From assembly GCA_031271325.1 (NCBI GenBank), contig JAISVY010000166.1, positions 1-46,573 of the forward strand: a stretch of DNA of 46,573 nt, given 5' to 3'. Positions 23,200 to 31,453 of the stretch are shown here, piece by piece; position 1 is the stretch's first letter, and every line of letters begins with the position of its first letter. The translations under genes and the position numbers were made by a program. This DNA is from Oscillospiraceae bacterium (GTDB taxonomy: Bacteria > Bacillota > Clostridia > Oscillospirales > UBA929). The notes under the pieces are model-generated. The model saw only the letters and a list, made by a program, of their open reading frames with translations. It was not told the origin of the DNA and searched no databases.

Positions 23200-24667
23200 C
23201 GGAAACCATATCCCCCTTCCCGGCACCTCTGCGCCGGATTAAGCGCCATATATACAGTGCCACCAGCAGAATCGCGAAACCCGTCAGGATGTTGCCGAGG
23301 TTCTCTTTGAGGATGTCGTTCCGGTAGCGCTTGAACGCGATGGAGTAGTAGGTGCGGTTCATGCCGAGCTTCAGGTGCCGCATCGCCTCTTTGTTGTTGC
23401 CCTCGGTGAGGTAGGCTTTCCCGATGCCGACGTTGGCCAGTTCGAGGTTTTCGTTGAGTTTCAGCACCTCGCGCCATTTTTCGACCGCCTGTTTTTCGTC
23501 GCCGTCATAGCGCAGCCCGACCGCTTCGTTGATCAGTCGGCCGTAATCGGTCTCCTTAAACGCCATAACTTCCTGCCGGTCGGTGTCGAGAACCAAGATT
23601 CTGTCTCCGATGTAAGCGATCGAGGACGGCTGGCGGAATGTTCCCTCTTGTGTGCCAAGCCCTCCGAAGATATAGAGCAGGTTTCCCTCGTCGTCATAGG
23701 TGAATATGCGCCCGCGCCGTCTGTCCAGCATCGAGTAGATGCCCTTGTCGCGCACGACGATGTCTACGATGTAGGAGGGACCGCCGTAATCCAGCGTATT
23801 CGGCGCCGGGTAGGTATCGCCGCCGAGGTTGCCGTTTTCGCCCTTTTGGATGACGTCCTCACCTTTGGGGTTGAGCCGGAACGCTGCCTGCGTGCCGTTC
23901 GGATCAATGCAGGAGGCGTAGATGAACCCTTCTTTGTCCACAGAAACGCCCGTGAACTCGGTCGGGATGAAGAGCGTCGAGCCGCTTAACTGTTCCTGAG
24001 AGGAGAACAGCCGCCAAAACCGCTGCCACAGGGAGACGGTTACCGGGATTGTGCCGTAGAACCCGGTGAAGTCGCCCGTCTCGTTGAATACCATGATGCC
24101 TTGGAACATACTCTGCCCGATGACGTATACGCGGTCGGCGTAATCGACGCCCAGTTCCAAGGGGATAAAGACATAATCGTCCGCGAGCATTTCGGATACC
24201 GGGTTTTGGATGATCCTGACCAGCTCGCCCTCTTCCAGCACCACGATGCGGTGATTATCGGAGTCGGCTATGTAGAGCTGCCCTTTTTCGGATACCGTAA
24301 CGCCCCACGGTTTGTTGAACGTGTCGTCGAACGCCGCCCCGTCTTCCCCGGTGTTTGCAAAGCCTGTGATGACCTCGGCCTCGGTCATCTCCGGGTTCAT
24401 AACGACGATGCGGTTGTTGCCCGTATCGGCCACGTAGACCCTGCCGTCCGGTCCGACGCAAATGCCCCGGGGCAGACTGAACGCCCCGACACCCAGATTC
24501 ACGCCGGAGACGTTGCCGTCCGGGATATACGGCGAAGGCGTGAACTCGAGGTATTGGCGGTAGTTGAAGATGTACGAATCGTACGGCACATCGACGGCGG
24601 CGAAGACGGGAAGCGTACAGAACGCCGCCAGCGCGAGCACCAAGGGTAAAATCCGCTTCAAAATCAT
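23192..24667 (-). CDS. Secreted six-blade NHL-repeat beta-propeller protein with TPR-like segment and C-terminal TM anchor
   Basis: ATG 24667 lies after AAGGGGGG. Signal peptide: MILKRILPLVLALAAFCTLPVFA. NHL-type blades: GRVYVADTGNNRIVVMN, GQLYIADSDNHRIVVLE, DRVYVIGQSMFQGIMVFN, GFIYASCIDPNG, GIYSMLDRRRGRIFTYD, DRILVLDTDRQEVMAFK. Tail: KAYLTEGNNKEAMRHLKLG, then the TM segment ILTGFAILLVALYIWRLI. The 705-aa ORF-track version is an upstream read-through into the permease gene. Confidence 0.85.
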   Translation of the reverse strand: MILKRILPLVLALAAFCTLPVFAAVDVPYDSYIFNYRQYLEFTPSPYIPDGNVSGVNLGVGAFSLPRGICVGPDGRVYVADTGNNRIVVMNPEMTEAEVITGFANTGEDGAAFDDTFNKPWGVTVSEKGQLYIADSDNHRIVVLEEGELVRIIQNPVSEMLADDYVFIPLELGVDYADRVYVIGQSMFQGIMVFNETGDFTGFYGTIPVTVSLWQRFWRLFSSQEQLSGSTLFIPTEFTGVSVDKEGFIYASCIDPNGTQAAFRLNPKGEDVIQKGENGNLGGDTYPAPNTLDYGGPSYIVDIVVRDKGIYSMLDRRRGRIFTYDDEGNLLYIFGGLGTQEGTFRQPSSIAYIGDRILVLDTDRQEVMAFKETDYGRLINEAVGLRYDGDEKQAVEKWREVLKLNENLELANVGIGKAYLTEGNNKEAMRHLKLGMNRTYYSIAFKRYRNDILKENLGNILTGFAILLVALYIWRLIRRRGAGKGDMVSDE

Positions 24668-24675
24668 AACCCCCC

Positions 24676-25587
24676 TTAGTCTTTCATGCCGGAGGTGGTC
24701 ATCGTCTCTAAGATGCTGGACTGGCATATGAGGAAGAAGGTGATCGGAATAGCCGCCAGCACCAACGCGACGGCGGCGGAAGCGCCGGCGCGGGCGGCGC
24801 CGCCCGCCGTGATCTGCTGCATGGCGTATTGCAGCGGCTTCAGTTCTTCGTTGCGCAGGAACAGATAGCCGGTGTTGCTCCACATCGTCTGGAACTGGAA
24901 GATCGCGAGCGTGAGCCACGCGGGTTTGACGTTCGGCATGATGATCTTCCAAAATACGCGGATTTCGCCCGCGCCGTCCATCCGGGCGGACTCGATCAGC
25001 GAATCGGGGATCTGCTCCATAAACTGCTTCATCAGGTACAGCCCCAGCCCGTAGCCCCACGCGGGCAGGATCAGCGCCCAGTAGGTATTGTTGATGTGCA
25101 GGTAGCTGACGATGACATAGTTCGGAATCATCGTGACCTGATAGGTAAACATGATCGAGAAGATAACCAGCGTAAACAGCAGTTTTTTGCCGGGGAATTT
25201 GTGCTTTGCCAGCGGATACGCCGCGAACGACGCCACGATCACGTGCCCGACGGTGCCGCACCCGGTGATGATCACCGTGTTGAAGATATAGCGCGAGAAA
25301 GGCACCCATGAGTCGCTCATCAGGATAAACAGGTCGGAGAAGTTCTCAAAGGTGGGGTTGCGCACAAATATCGCGGGGGGGAACTGGAAGATTTCGTCCA
25401 GCGGTTTTAAGGAGTTGTTGATGATCATCACCAGCGGCATGACCATAAATACGCCGCACAGCCCCATAAAGAGGAACAGCATCACGTTGCCCGCCCGCGA
25501 ACGGTTGAGCTTGCGCTTGCGGCGGAATAGGCGTTCACGCAGCGTCTCCTTCTCGGAGAAGACCGGTCTGGCTTTACTCTTAACCAT
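24676..25587 (-). CDS. Carbohydrate ABC transporter permease (MalG-like)
   Basis: EAA-loop motif ESARMDGAGEIRVFWKIIMPNVKPA and 6 TM segments. Confidence 0.9.
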   Translation of the reverse strand: MVKSKARPVFSEKETLRERLFRRKRKLNRSRAGNVMLFLFMGLCGVFMVMPLVMIINNSLKPLDEIFQFPPAIFVRNPTFENFSDLFILMSDSWVPFSRYIFNTVIITGCGTVGHVIVASFAAYPLAKHKFPGKKLLFTLVIFSIMFTYQVTMIPNYVIVSYLHINNTYWALILPAWGYGLGLYLMKQFMEQIPDSLIESARMDGAGEIRVFWKIIMPNVKPAWLTLAIFQFQTMWSNTGYLFLRNEELKPLQYAMQQITAGGAARAGASAAVALVLAAIPITFFLICQSSILETMTTSGMKD

Positions 25588-25591
25588 CTGA

Positions 25592-26509
25592 CTACTCGCC
25601 CACCCTTCTCAGGAACCGCTGCACGAGCCTGTTGGTTCCCACCATCATGATAAACAGCACGGTGGCAATCGCCGACGCGTACCCCATCTCAAAACGCACG
25701 CCGCCGTAGTCGGAAAGGTGCGTGACGATTGTCGCTCCGGCATACCCGACCGAGGGGTTGCCGGCCAGCTGCAATGAGATGTCCGCCACGGCGAACGCCC
25801 CGGTAATCTGCATGACAGCGCCGAACATCAGCTGAGGGCGCATCGCGGGGAGGGTTACGAACCAAAGCTCCTGCCAGCGGTTCTTAATGCCGTCGATCGC
25901 GGCCGCCTCGTAGAGCGACTTGTCGATTGTTTGCAGACCCGCGATGAACGCGAGGAAGCCTGTGCCGAGGCTCAGCCAGAGCTGTACGACGATCAGCACC
26001 GGCATGATGTACTGCGCCGTCCGCATCCAGAGGATCGGTTCCTGTATGAAGTCGTATTGCAGCAAGAAGCCGTTCAGGTAACCGTAACGGTCGCCGGTGA
26101 GGATGATGTTCCAGATCAGGTACGCCTGCCCCGATATGGACGGCGCGTAGAAGATCAGCGTGAGGAAGGCGCGCAGCTTGCCTTTGAATTCGTTGATAAT
26201 CCACGCGAACAGCAGGCAGAGGATATAGCTGATCGGCCCGGTGATGACGGCGAAGATCAGCGTGTTTTTCAGCGCGAGGACAAAGATGTCGTCTTCCAGC
26301 AGCAGTTTGAGGTAGTTTGACCACCCGATCCACTGCGGGGCTTCCAGCATGTTAAAATAGGTCAGGGAGATGAACATCGACGCGATGACCGGCAAGATCG
26401 TAAAGAGCGTGAAGAGCAGGAAATACGGCGCAATCATAATATAGGAGATGCGGTTTTTGGCCATCAGCGTCCCGACAAAGGGCTTTTGAAGGTCTTTCTG
26501 CTTCGTCAA
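25592..26509 (-). CDS. Sugar ABC transporter permease (MalF-like)
   Basis: EAA-loop motif EAAAIDGIKNRWQELWFVTLPAMRP and 6 TM segments. TTG 26509 lies 8 nt after AGGGGG and 1 nt after the upstream stop. Confidence 0.85.
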   Translation of the reverse strand: MTKQKDLQKPFVGTLMAKNRISYIMIAPYFLLFTLFTILPVIASMFISLTYFNMLEAPQWIGWSNYLKLLLEDDIFVLALKNTLIFAVITGPISYILCLLFAWIINEFKGKLRAFLTLIFYAPSISGQAYLIWNIILTGDRYGYLNGFLLQYDFIQEPILWMRTAQYIMPVLIVVQLWLSLGTGFLAFIAGLQTIDKSLYEAAAIDGIKNRWQELWFVTLPAMRPQLMFGAVMQITGAFAVADISLQLAGNPSVGYAGATIVTHLSDYGGVRFEMGYASAIATVLFIMMVGTNRLVQRFLRRVGE

Positions 26510-26510
26510 G

Positions 26511-29492
26511 TTATTCGCCCCCTATCCCGTCTTCGTAAAGAGTCAACCCGAACTCTTCCCGTTTGAAGTCGATTTCGTCGTTGATCAGGATGACTTTGTC
26601 GGTCAGCGCCTCGCGCGGGAACTCAAAGACCGTTTCAGCCGACCCGATCACCGAGCTGCCGGTGACGACCGCGTAAAACGCGTTGTTGACGTTGCGGTAG
26701 CTGAAGTAGCCGCCCGGCACCTGCGGGATGCCCTTGACCGAATCGAATTGCCTGTTCAGCGCCTGATAGTCGGCAACCGGCCACGGCAGCTGCGCGAACG
26801 CTTCGATGTTGGCCGACGGGTGGCGCGCCGCCGCGCCCATCAGGCTTTCCATCTCGCGCCCGAACAGCGTCTGCGTTTCGGCGTCTGTCCACCATTTGAT
26901 GAATTCCCAGGAATTTTCGGGGGTATTGTCGGATTTCATGATGATACAGCCCGAACCGAAGCTGCCGACCGAACGGTCGAGGGAGCCGTCTTCCTGAACC
27001 GTCGCGGGCACGGGCGCAAAGCCCCACAGACCCTTGATGTCGGGAGCCGAAACTTGGAGCGTGTTATAGAAGGAGAAGTCGTTGATGATCAGCGGCGTCT
27101 CGCCGGTGCGGAAGCGTTCCTCGACGCTGGTGTCTTTGTCGAGTTTGTAGTCGGTGTAGAACTCGGTATACTTTTTGAAGGCGTTGATGGCCTGATCGCT
27201 GTCGAGCGCGGAGCGGGTGGCGTCTTCGTTATAGTACTCCCCGCCGTTTTGGTAGAGAATCATCGAGAAGATCTGCTCGGTCGGCAGCATTCCCAGCTCC
27301 ATCATGTTGTTGGCGAGCACGGCCAGCGTGGTTTTCATTTCGTCCCACGTGTTGGGGACTTCGAGGTTCAGCTCTTTCATGATGTCCTTGCGGTAGAACA
27401 TCATCGGGAAGGTCTGGGTTTCCGGCAGGGCGTAAACCGCGCCGTCGTAGGTGAACGCCTCCATTACGCTCGGACGGAACCGCGTCAGCACCTCGTCCAA
27501 GTCTTCAAACTGCGTAAGATCCTGCACGGCGTTGCGCAGCCCGTAGTTCATGGGGAGGTCGTTCGCGACCTGTATCGCGACGTCCGGTCCCTGCCCCGCA
27601 AGCGTCGCCTGCAAAAGCGTGCCCATATCGACCAGCATCGCGTTGACGCCGATGCCGGTTTCGCGGGTGAACGTTTCGTCGATCAGGTTTTTGATGACGT
27701 TGGCCTGGTCGCGCCCCGAGCCGATCCAGAGGGTGACCGATTCCGTGTCTTCTTCCTCGGAGATGTTGCCGATTTGGTTGTAGTCGATCACGAACGAATA
27801 GAAGAGGCGGGAGATTTCGTACCAAATGCCGGCAAAGATGTTGTCGTTCGGCGCGCTCATGTTCTTGCCGGGCGCGTGGAAGGTGATCGTATCCACCCGC
27901 AGGGGTTGATCGATGGCCTGCGTGAGCCACGTGCCGCAGGCGCGGATGTTGATGCGGAACGAGGCGACCGTTTTGGAGAATCTTTCCTGGTTTTCGATCA
28001 GCTCGTTGAGCTGGATGATCATCGTTTTCAGGACGCGCTCACGGTCGCTGCGCTTGCCCGCGATTCTCTGAAGCTCGTCGATCGACCATTGCAGGCTGTC
28101 CCGCACGGCGACCAGTTCGCCTTTGAGTTCGGGCAGACTGTACGCCACCTGATAGTCGCGGTTCCGGTCAGGCCTCACGCCGGTCAGGCGGATGACTTTC
28201 CGGTAGATACGGTTCAGCTCGAACACCGCTTCGCGCACCACGCTGATGATCTCGGAGAAACTGCCGAGCACCGCTTCCATACGGACGGTGTGCCGTCCCG
28301 CTTCCAAGAAAATCTTGTAGGGGTCGCCTTCTTTTTGCGTGAGCTTTTCCATCGTCCAGTTCTGGCGGTAGATAAAACCGTATTCCGAAAACTCCGCGAA
28401 CGGCACTTTGCCGTCGATGTAGATTTTGCGCGACACGTAAATACCGCGCGAAAAATTCTGCAGCACATGGGCGGATATTTCGTACAGACCGCTCTCCGGC
28501 GCGTCGAATTCCCATTCGATCCAGTGACCCGCAATCCGCCACGACTGCCCGCCGATTGTGTTGTTCAGCAGCAGTTTCGCGCTGGAGGGGCTGACTGTGG
28601 GCGAGGACTGGTCTTGGTCGGGATAGAGCATCTGAGAGGAGGTCTTGACCGCGTTCTGCCCCTGAACCGTTACGAGCGCTTCGGACGACACGTCTTTGGC
28701 TCCGGCGGCTTCCCACCCGGCCAGCACTTCGGCGTAGGAGAGGAGCGGCTCGGTGTTTTGAAACGTGAACTTACGGAGCAGCATCGGTTCGCGCATCGAC
28801 ATGAGGGTCAGCACGTGCTCGCCCTCGGTGAGGTACAGCGAGAGGTTGTCGGTGATGTATCCGTCGCTGTCATAGAGCAGAGATTCCGTCCACTCGGGGA
28901 TCTCGATCATCTTGGGCTTGAGGTCGTTGCCCTGGTTGTCCTTCGGCCAGACCGGCGCGCTCTGTCCGGCTTCCCGGGCTTCTTCGGCGACCGTGTTTGT
29001 CCACTGCCGCTCGAACTCCACCGTAGACAGCTCGCGGAAGGGCAGAACGCCGTCCAGGAATAACGAGCGCTGAATCTCGGAGCTTTTGCCCTCCACCGGG
29101 AAGTAGAGCAGAGAGAGGTCGTACAGCCCCGCCTCCGGAACGGTGAACGTGTACTCAATGACCGCGTCTTCCTCGGTCAGTACGCTGTCGCCTGTTTGCC
29201 CCTCGTAATCGGCGTAGATTTCCGGCTCCGCTTCCGCGCCGCCTTCTTCGTACCGCGCGTAACCCGCCGCGTCGATTTCGATCACGCCGGACGGCCGGTT
29301 TTGCGGCTGCCGGTCTATGTAATCGCGGTAGGTGGGGATGGATTCGTCGACGGAGTAACCCTCTAAGATGTCCTCGTACTCCAGGCGCGTCTTTTCCCCC
29401 GCCGTATAACCATACGCGAGTGACGACGACCCCAGCAGGACGAACGCTGTGAAAACAGCCAGCGTTTGTAACACGCGCCGTTTCCGAGTCAT
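26511..29492 (-). CDS. 993-aa extracellular protein: signal/anchor, two CBM6/35-like modules, a helical segment and a C-terminal ABC solute-binding domain
   Basis: ATG 29492 lies after AAGAGGGGG. The N-terminal hydrophobic segment LQTLAVFTAFVLLGSSSLAYG has no lipobox Cys. Duplicated modules lie at about aa 70-245 and 275-415. The SBP-like part begins near aa 585 (TLWIGSGRDQANVIKNLIDETF...GPDVAIQV...). Confidence 0.85.
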   Translation of the reverse strand: MTRKRRVLQTLAVFTAFVLLGSSSLAYGYTAGEKTRLEYEDILEGYSVDESIPTYRDYIDRQPQNRPSGVIEIDAAGYARYEEGGAEAEPEIYADYEGQTGDSVLTEEDAVIEYTFTVPEAGLYDLSLLYFPVEGKSSEIQRSLFLDGVLPFRELSTVEFERQWTNTVAEEAREAGQSAPVWPKDNQGNDLKPKMIEIPEWTESLLYDSDGYITDNLSLYLTEGEHVLTLMSMREPMLLRKFTFQNTEPLLSYAEVLAGWEAAGAKDVSSEALVTVQGQNAVKTSSQMLYPDQDQSSPTVSPSSAKLLLNNTIGGQSWRIAGHWIEWEFDAPESGLYEISAHVLQNFSRGIYVSRKIYIDGKVPFAEFSEYGFIYRQNWTMEKLTQKEGDPYKIFLEAGRHTVRMEAVLGSFSEIISVVREAVFELNRIYRKVIRLTGVRPDRNRDYQVAYSLPELKGELVAVRDSLQWSIDELQRIAGKRSDRERVLKTMIIQLNELIENQERFSKTVASFRINIRACGTWLTQAIDQPLRVDTITFHAPGKNMSAPNDNIFAGIWYEISRLFYSFVIDYNQIGNISEEEDTESVTLWIGSGRDQANVIKNLIDETFTRETGIGVNAMLVDMGTLLQATLAGQGPDVAIQVANDLPMNYGLRNAVQDLTQFEDLDEVLTRFRPSVMEAFTYDGAVYALPETQTFPMMFYRKDIMKELNLEVPNTWDEMKTTLAVLANNMMELGMLPTEQIFSMILYQNGGEYYNEDATRSALDSDQAINAFKKYTEFYTDYKLDKDTSVEERFRTGETPLIINDFSFYNTLQVSAPDIKGLWGFAPVPATVQEDGSLDRSVGSFGSGCIIMKSDNTPENSWEFIKWWTDAETQTLFGREMESLMGAAARHPSANIEAFAQLPWPVADYQALNRQFDSVKGIPQVPGGYFSYRNVNNAFYAVVTGSSVIGSAETVFEFPREALTDKVILINDEIDFKREEFGLTLYEDGIGGE

Positions 29493-29578
29493 TCGATAGC
29501 CCCCTCTTAGTAAGCTCAGTGCCGCTACGAAGCGGAAAATTCAGCACAATGCCGATACCCGCACAAGGCGTGTCATTA

Positions 29579-29607
29579 ATTTTAATATATTTTTAACAAA
29601 AAGTCAA
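29579..29607 (-). promoter_or_regulatory. Sigma-A-type promoter of the 10-gene transport operon
   Basis: Minus strand: TTGACT (29607-29602), 17 nt, TAAAAT (29584-29579), in a locally AT-rich stretch. The leader is about 80 nt, with a small hairpin CCGCTTCGTAGCGG. Confidence 0.6.
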
Positions 29608-29680
29608 TAGTGATTCGGTTGTCCGTTTAGAACTTTTTTAGGGGATTCTTTTCTGCCGCTATGTGTTTAACAGGTTCTGT

Positions 29681-29709
29681 TTGCGCGGCCGGGCGGGTTG
29701 TGGTATAAT
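29681..29709 (+). promoter_or_regulatory. Sigma-A-type promoter of the NMT1-like ABC importer operon
   Basis: TTGCGC (29681-29686), 17 nt, TATAAT (29704-29709), with TGg (extended -10). The leader is only about 45 nt. Confidence 0.6.
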
Positions 29710-29757
29710 CACGGCGGCACCGCGAAGCGGGGATTTATACAGGGAGGTATGTTCAAA

Positions 29758-30702
29758 ATGCACAAACGGTTTGTTTTCATTCTCATTCCCCTTCTCTTCT
29801 TATGCTCCTGCGGCTCTCCCTCACCGTCCGAGGCGAAAGCGCCCGTGCGCGTCGGCGCGTTGAAGGGCGCGACGACAATCGGCATGGTAAAATACATCGA
29901 GGATGCGGCGGAAAGCGCGGCGTTCAGCGTCGTCACCGCCGACGAGATCGTGCCGATGATCGTAAAGGGCGAATTGGATATGGCGGCGATTCCGGTCAAT
30001 CTGGCGGCGACGCTGTACCAAAAGACGGGCGGCGCGGTGCGGGTGCTCGCCATCAACACGCTGGGGCTGACCTATATCGTCGAAACCGGCGGCGAGATTC
30101 AAACCGTCGAAGACCTGCGCGGCAAAACGGTGTTCGCGACCGGCAAGAGCAATACGCCGGAGTATACGCTGCGCCGCATTCTGCGGGAATACGGTCTTGA
30201 CCCGGAGACCGACCTGACGCTGGAGTTTAAGAACGAACCGGCCGAAGTTGTGGCGCACCTGAAACTGAACGGCGGCGTCGCGATGCTGCCGCAGCCGTTT
30301 GTCACCACGGCGGGCGATACCGTGCCGGGGCTGCGCGAGGCGATTGACCTCACCGAGGAGTGGGGGAAGCTGGACGGCGCGGGGACGCTGGTGATCGGCG
30401 TGCTGATTGCCCGGACGGAGTTTTTGGAGCGCGAGGCGGACGTCGGGGCGGCGCTGGACGCGTGCCGCGCCTCAGTCGGCTGGGTTACGGACAACCCGGC
30501 GGAGGCCGCCCCGCTGGTGGAGAAAGCGGGGATCGCCCCGGCGAGCGTCGCGGAGCGCGCCATCCCGAAATGCCACCTCACCTTTATCGAAGGGGCGGAG
30601 ATGAGAGAAACCCTCTCCGCGTTCCTCAAAGTGATGTTTGACGACGCGCCCGAATCGGTCGGGGGGGCGCTGCCCGGCGACGATTTTTACTATGTTCCGT
30701 AA
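29758..30702 (+). CDS. ABC transporter substrate-binding lipoprotein, NMT1/THI5-like (NitT/TauT family)
   Basis: ATG 29758 lies 10 nt after GGGAGG. Lipobox: MHKRFVFILIPLLFLCSC. The body VRVGALKGATTIGMVK...LRGKTVFATGKSNTPEYTLRRIL is typical of this periplasmic-binding fold. Confidence 0.8.
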   Translation: MHKRFVFILIPLLFLCSCGSPSPSEAKAPVRVGALKGATTIGMVKYIEDAAESAAFSVVTADEIVPMIVKGELDMAAIPVNLAATLYQKTGGAVRVLAINTLGLTYIVETGGEIQTVEDLRGKTVFATGKSNTPEYTLRRILREYGLDPETDLTLEFKNEPAEVVAHLKLNGGVAMLPQPFVTTAGDTVPGLREAIDLTEEWGKLDGAGTLVIGVLIARTEFLEREADVGAALDACRASVGWVTDNPAEAAPLVEKAGIAPASVAERAIPKCHLTFIEGAEMRETLSAFLKVMFDDAPESVGGALPGDDFYYVP

Positions 30703-31453
30703 CAGGCGTCTGTGGATCCCGCTCTGCGCCCTCTTCTGGCTCTGCGTATGGCAGCTGGCGAGTATGCGGATCGGGGAGGAGATTTTACTTGTGTCGCCGC
30801 TCGCCGCCGCCGCGCGGCTCTGGGAGATGCTGCGCGAACCGTCTTTTTGGAGCACGGCGGGGTTCTCTATGGCGCGGATCATGGGCGGGTTTCTTCTGTC
30901 GCTCGCCGCGGGCTCGGCTCTGGCCGCGCTGGCGTACCGGTTCGGAGCGGTCTATGTCCTGCTCGCGCCGCTGATCAGCGCGGTGAAATCGGTGCCGGTT
31001 GCGTCCTACACCATTCTATGCCTGATTTTCCTCAGCACCCGCAGCCTGTCGCTGATCATCACCTTTTTGATGACCCTCCCTGTCGTCTACGAGGCTTTGC
31101 TGGAGGGGCTGCGCCAAACCGACGCGAAGTTGCTGGAAATGGCTTCTGTGTTCCGTATCGCGCCGCTTCACAGGCTTCGGTATATCTATATTCCGCAGAC
31201 CCTGCCCTACCTCGTCTCGGTAATCGGCGTGGGGGTCGGCATCGCGTGGAAATCCGGCGTCGCCGCCGAGGTGATCGGTCTGCCGCAGGGCGCGATCGGT
31301 TCCCGCCTGTACGAGGCGAAGATCACGCTGGACATGCGGAACCTGTTCGCGTGGACGATCGCCGTCATGCTGCTCTGTTACTTTTTAGAGAAGCTGATCC
31401 GCTTTCTCATCCGCCGCGCGGCGCGGGCGCTGGAAAGGGGGCGGGCGCTGTGA
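30692..31453 (+). CDS. ABC transporter permease (NitT/TauT family)
   Basis: ATG 30692 (MFRNRRLWIPLCALFWL) overlaps the SBP stop by 11 nt. About 6 TM segments. EAA-like loop: LEMASVFRIAPLHRLRYIYIPQTLPYL. Confidence 0.85.
   Translation: MFRNRRLWIPLCALFWLCVWQLASMRIGEEILLVSPLAAAARLWEMLREPSFWSTAGFSMARIMGGFLLSLAAGSALAALAYRFGAVYVLLAPLISAVKSVPVASYTILCLIFLSTRSLSLIITFLMTLPVVYEALLEGLRQTDAKLLEMASVFRIAPLHRLRYIYIPQTLPYLVSVIGVGVGIAWKSGVAAEVIGLPQGAIGSRLYEAKITLDMRNLFAWTIAVMLLCYFLEKLIRFLIRRAARALERGRAL

Noticed and set aside
23192-25309. The 705-aa ORF-track version of the NHL protein and the 440-aa version of the ABC ATPase (30712..32034), which could be read as large fusion proteins.
   Set aside because: The N-terminal extensions are Arg/His-rich out-of-frame read-through of the upstream permease genes. 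Internal starts with an RBS (ATG 24667, GTG 31450) give a proper signal peptide and a proper Walker-A N-terminus respectively.
29710-29757. A TPP (THI-box) riboswitch upstream of the NMT1/THI5-like binding protein.
   Set aside because: The predicted leader is only about 45 nt, too short for a TPP aptamer of roughly 100 nt, and no CTGAGA/ACCTGA-type THI-box core is visible.
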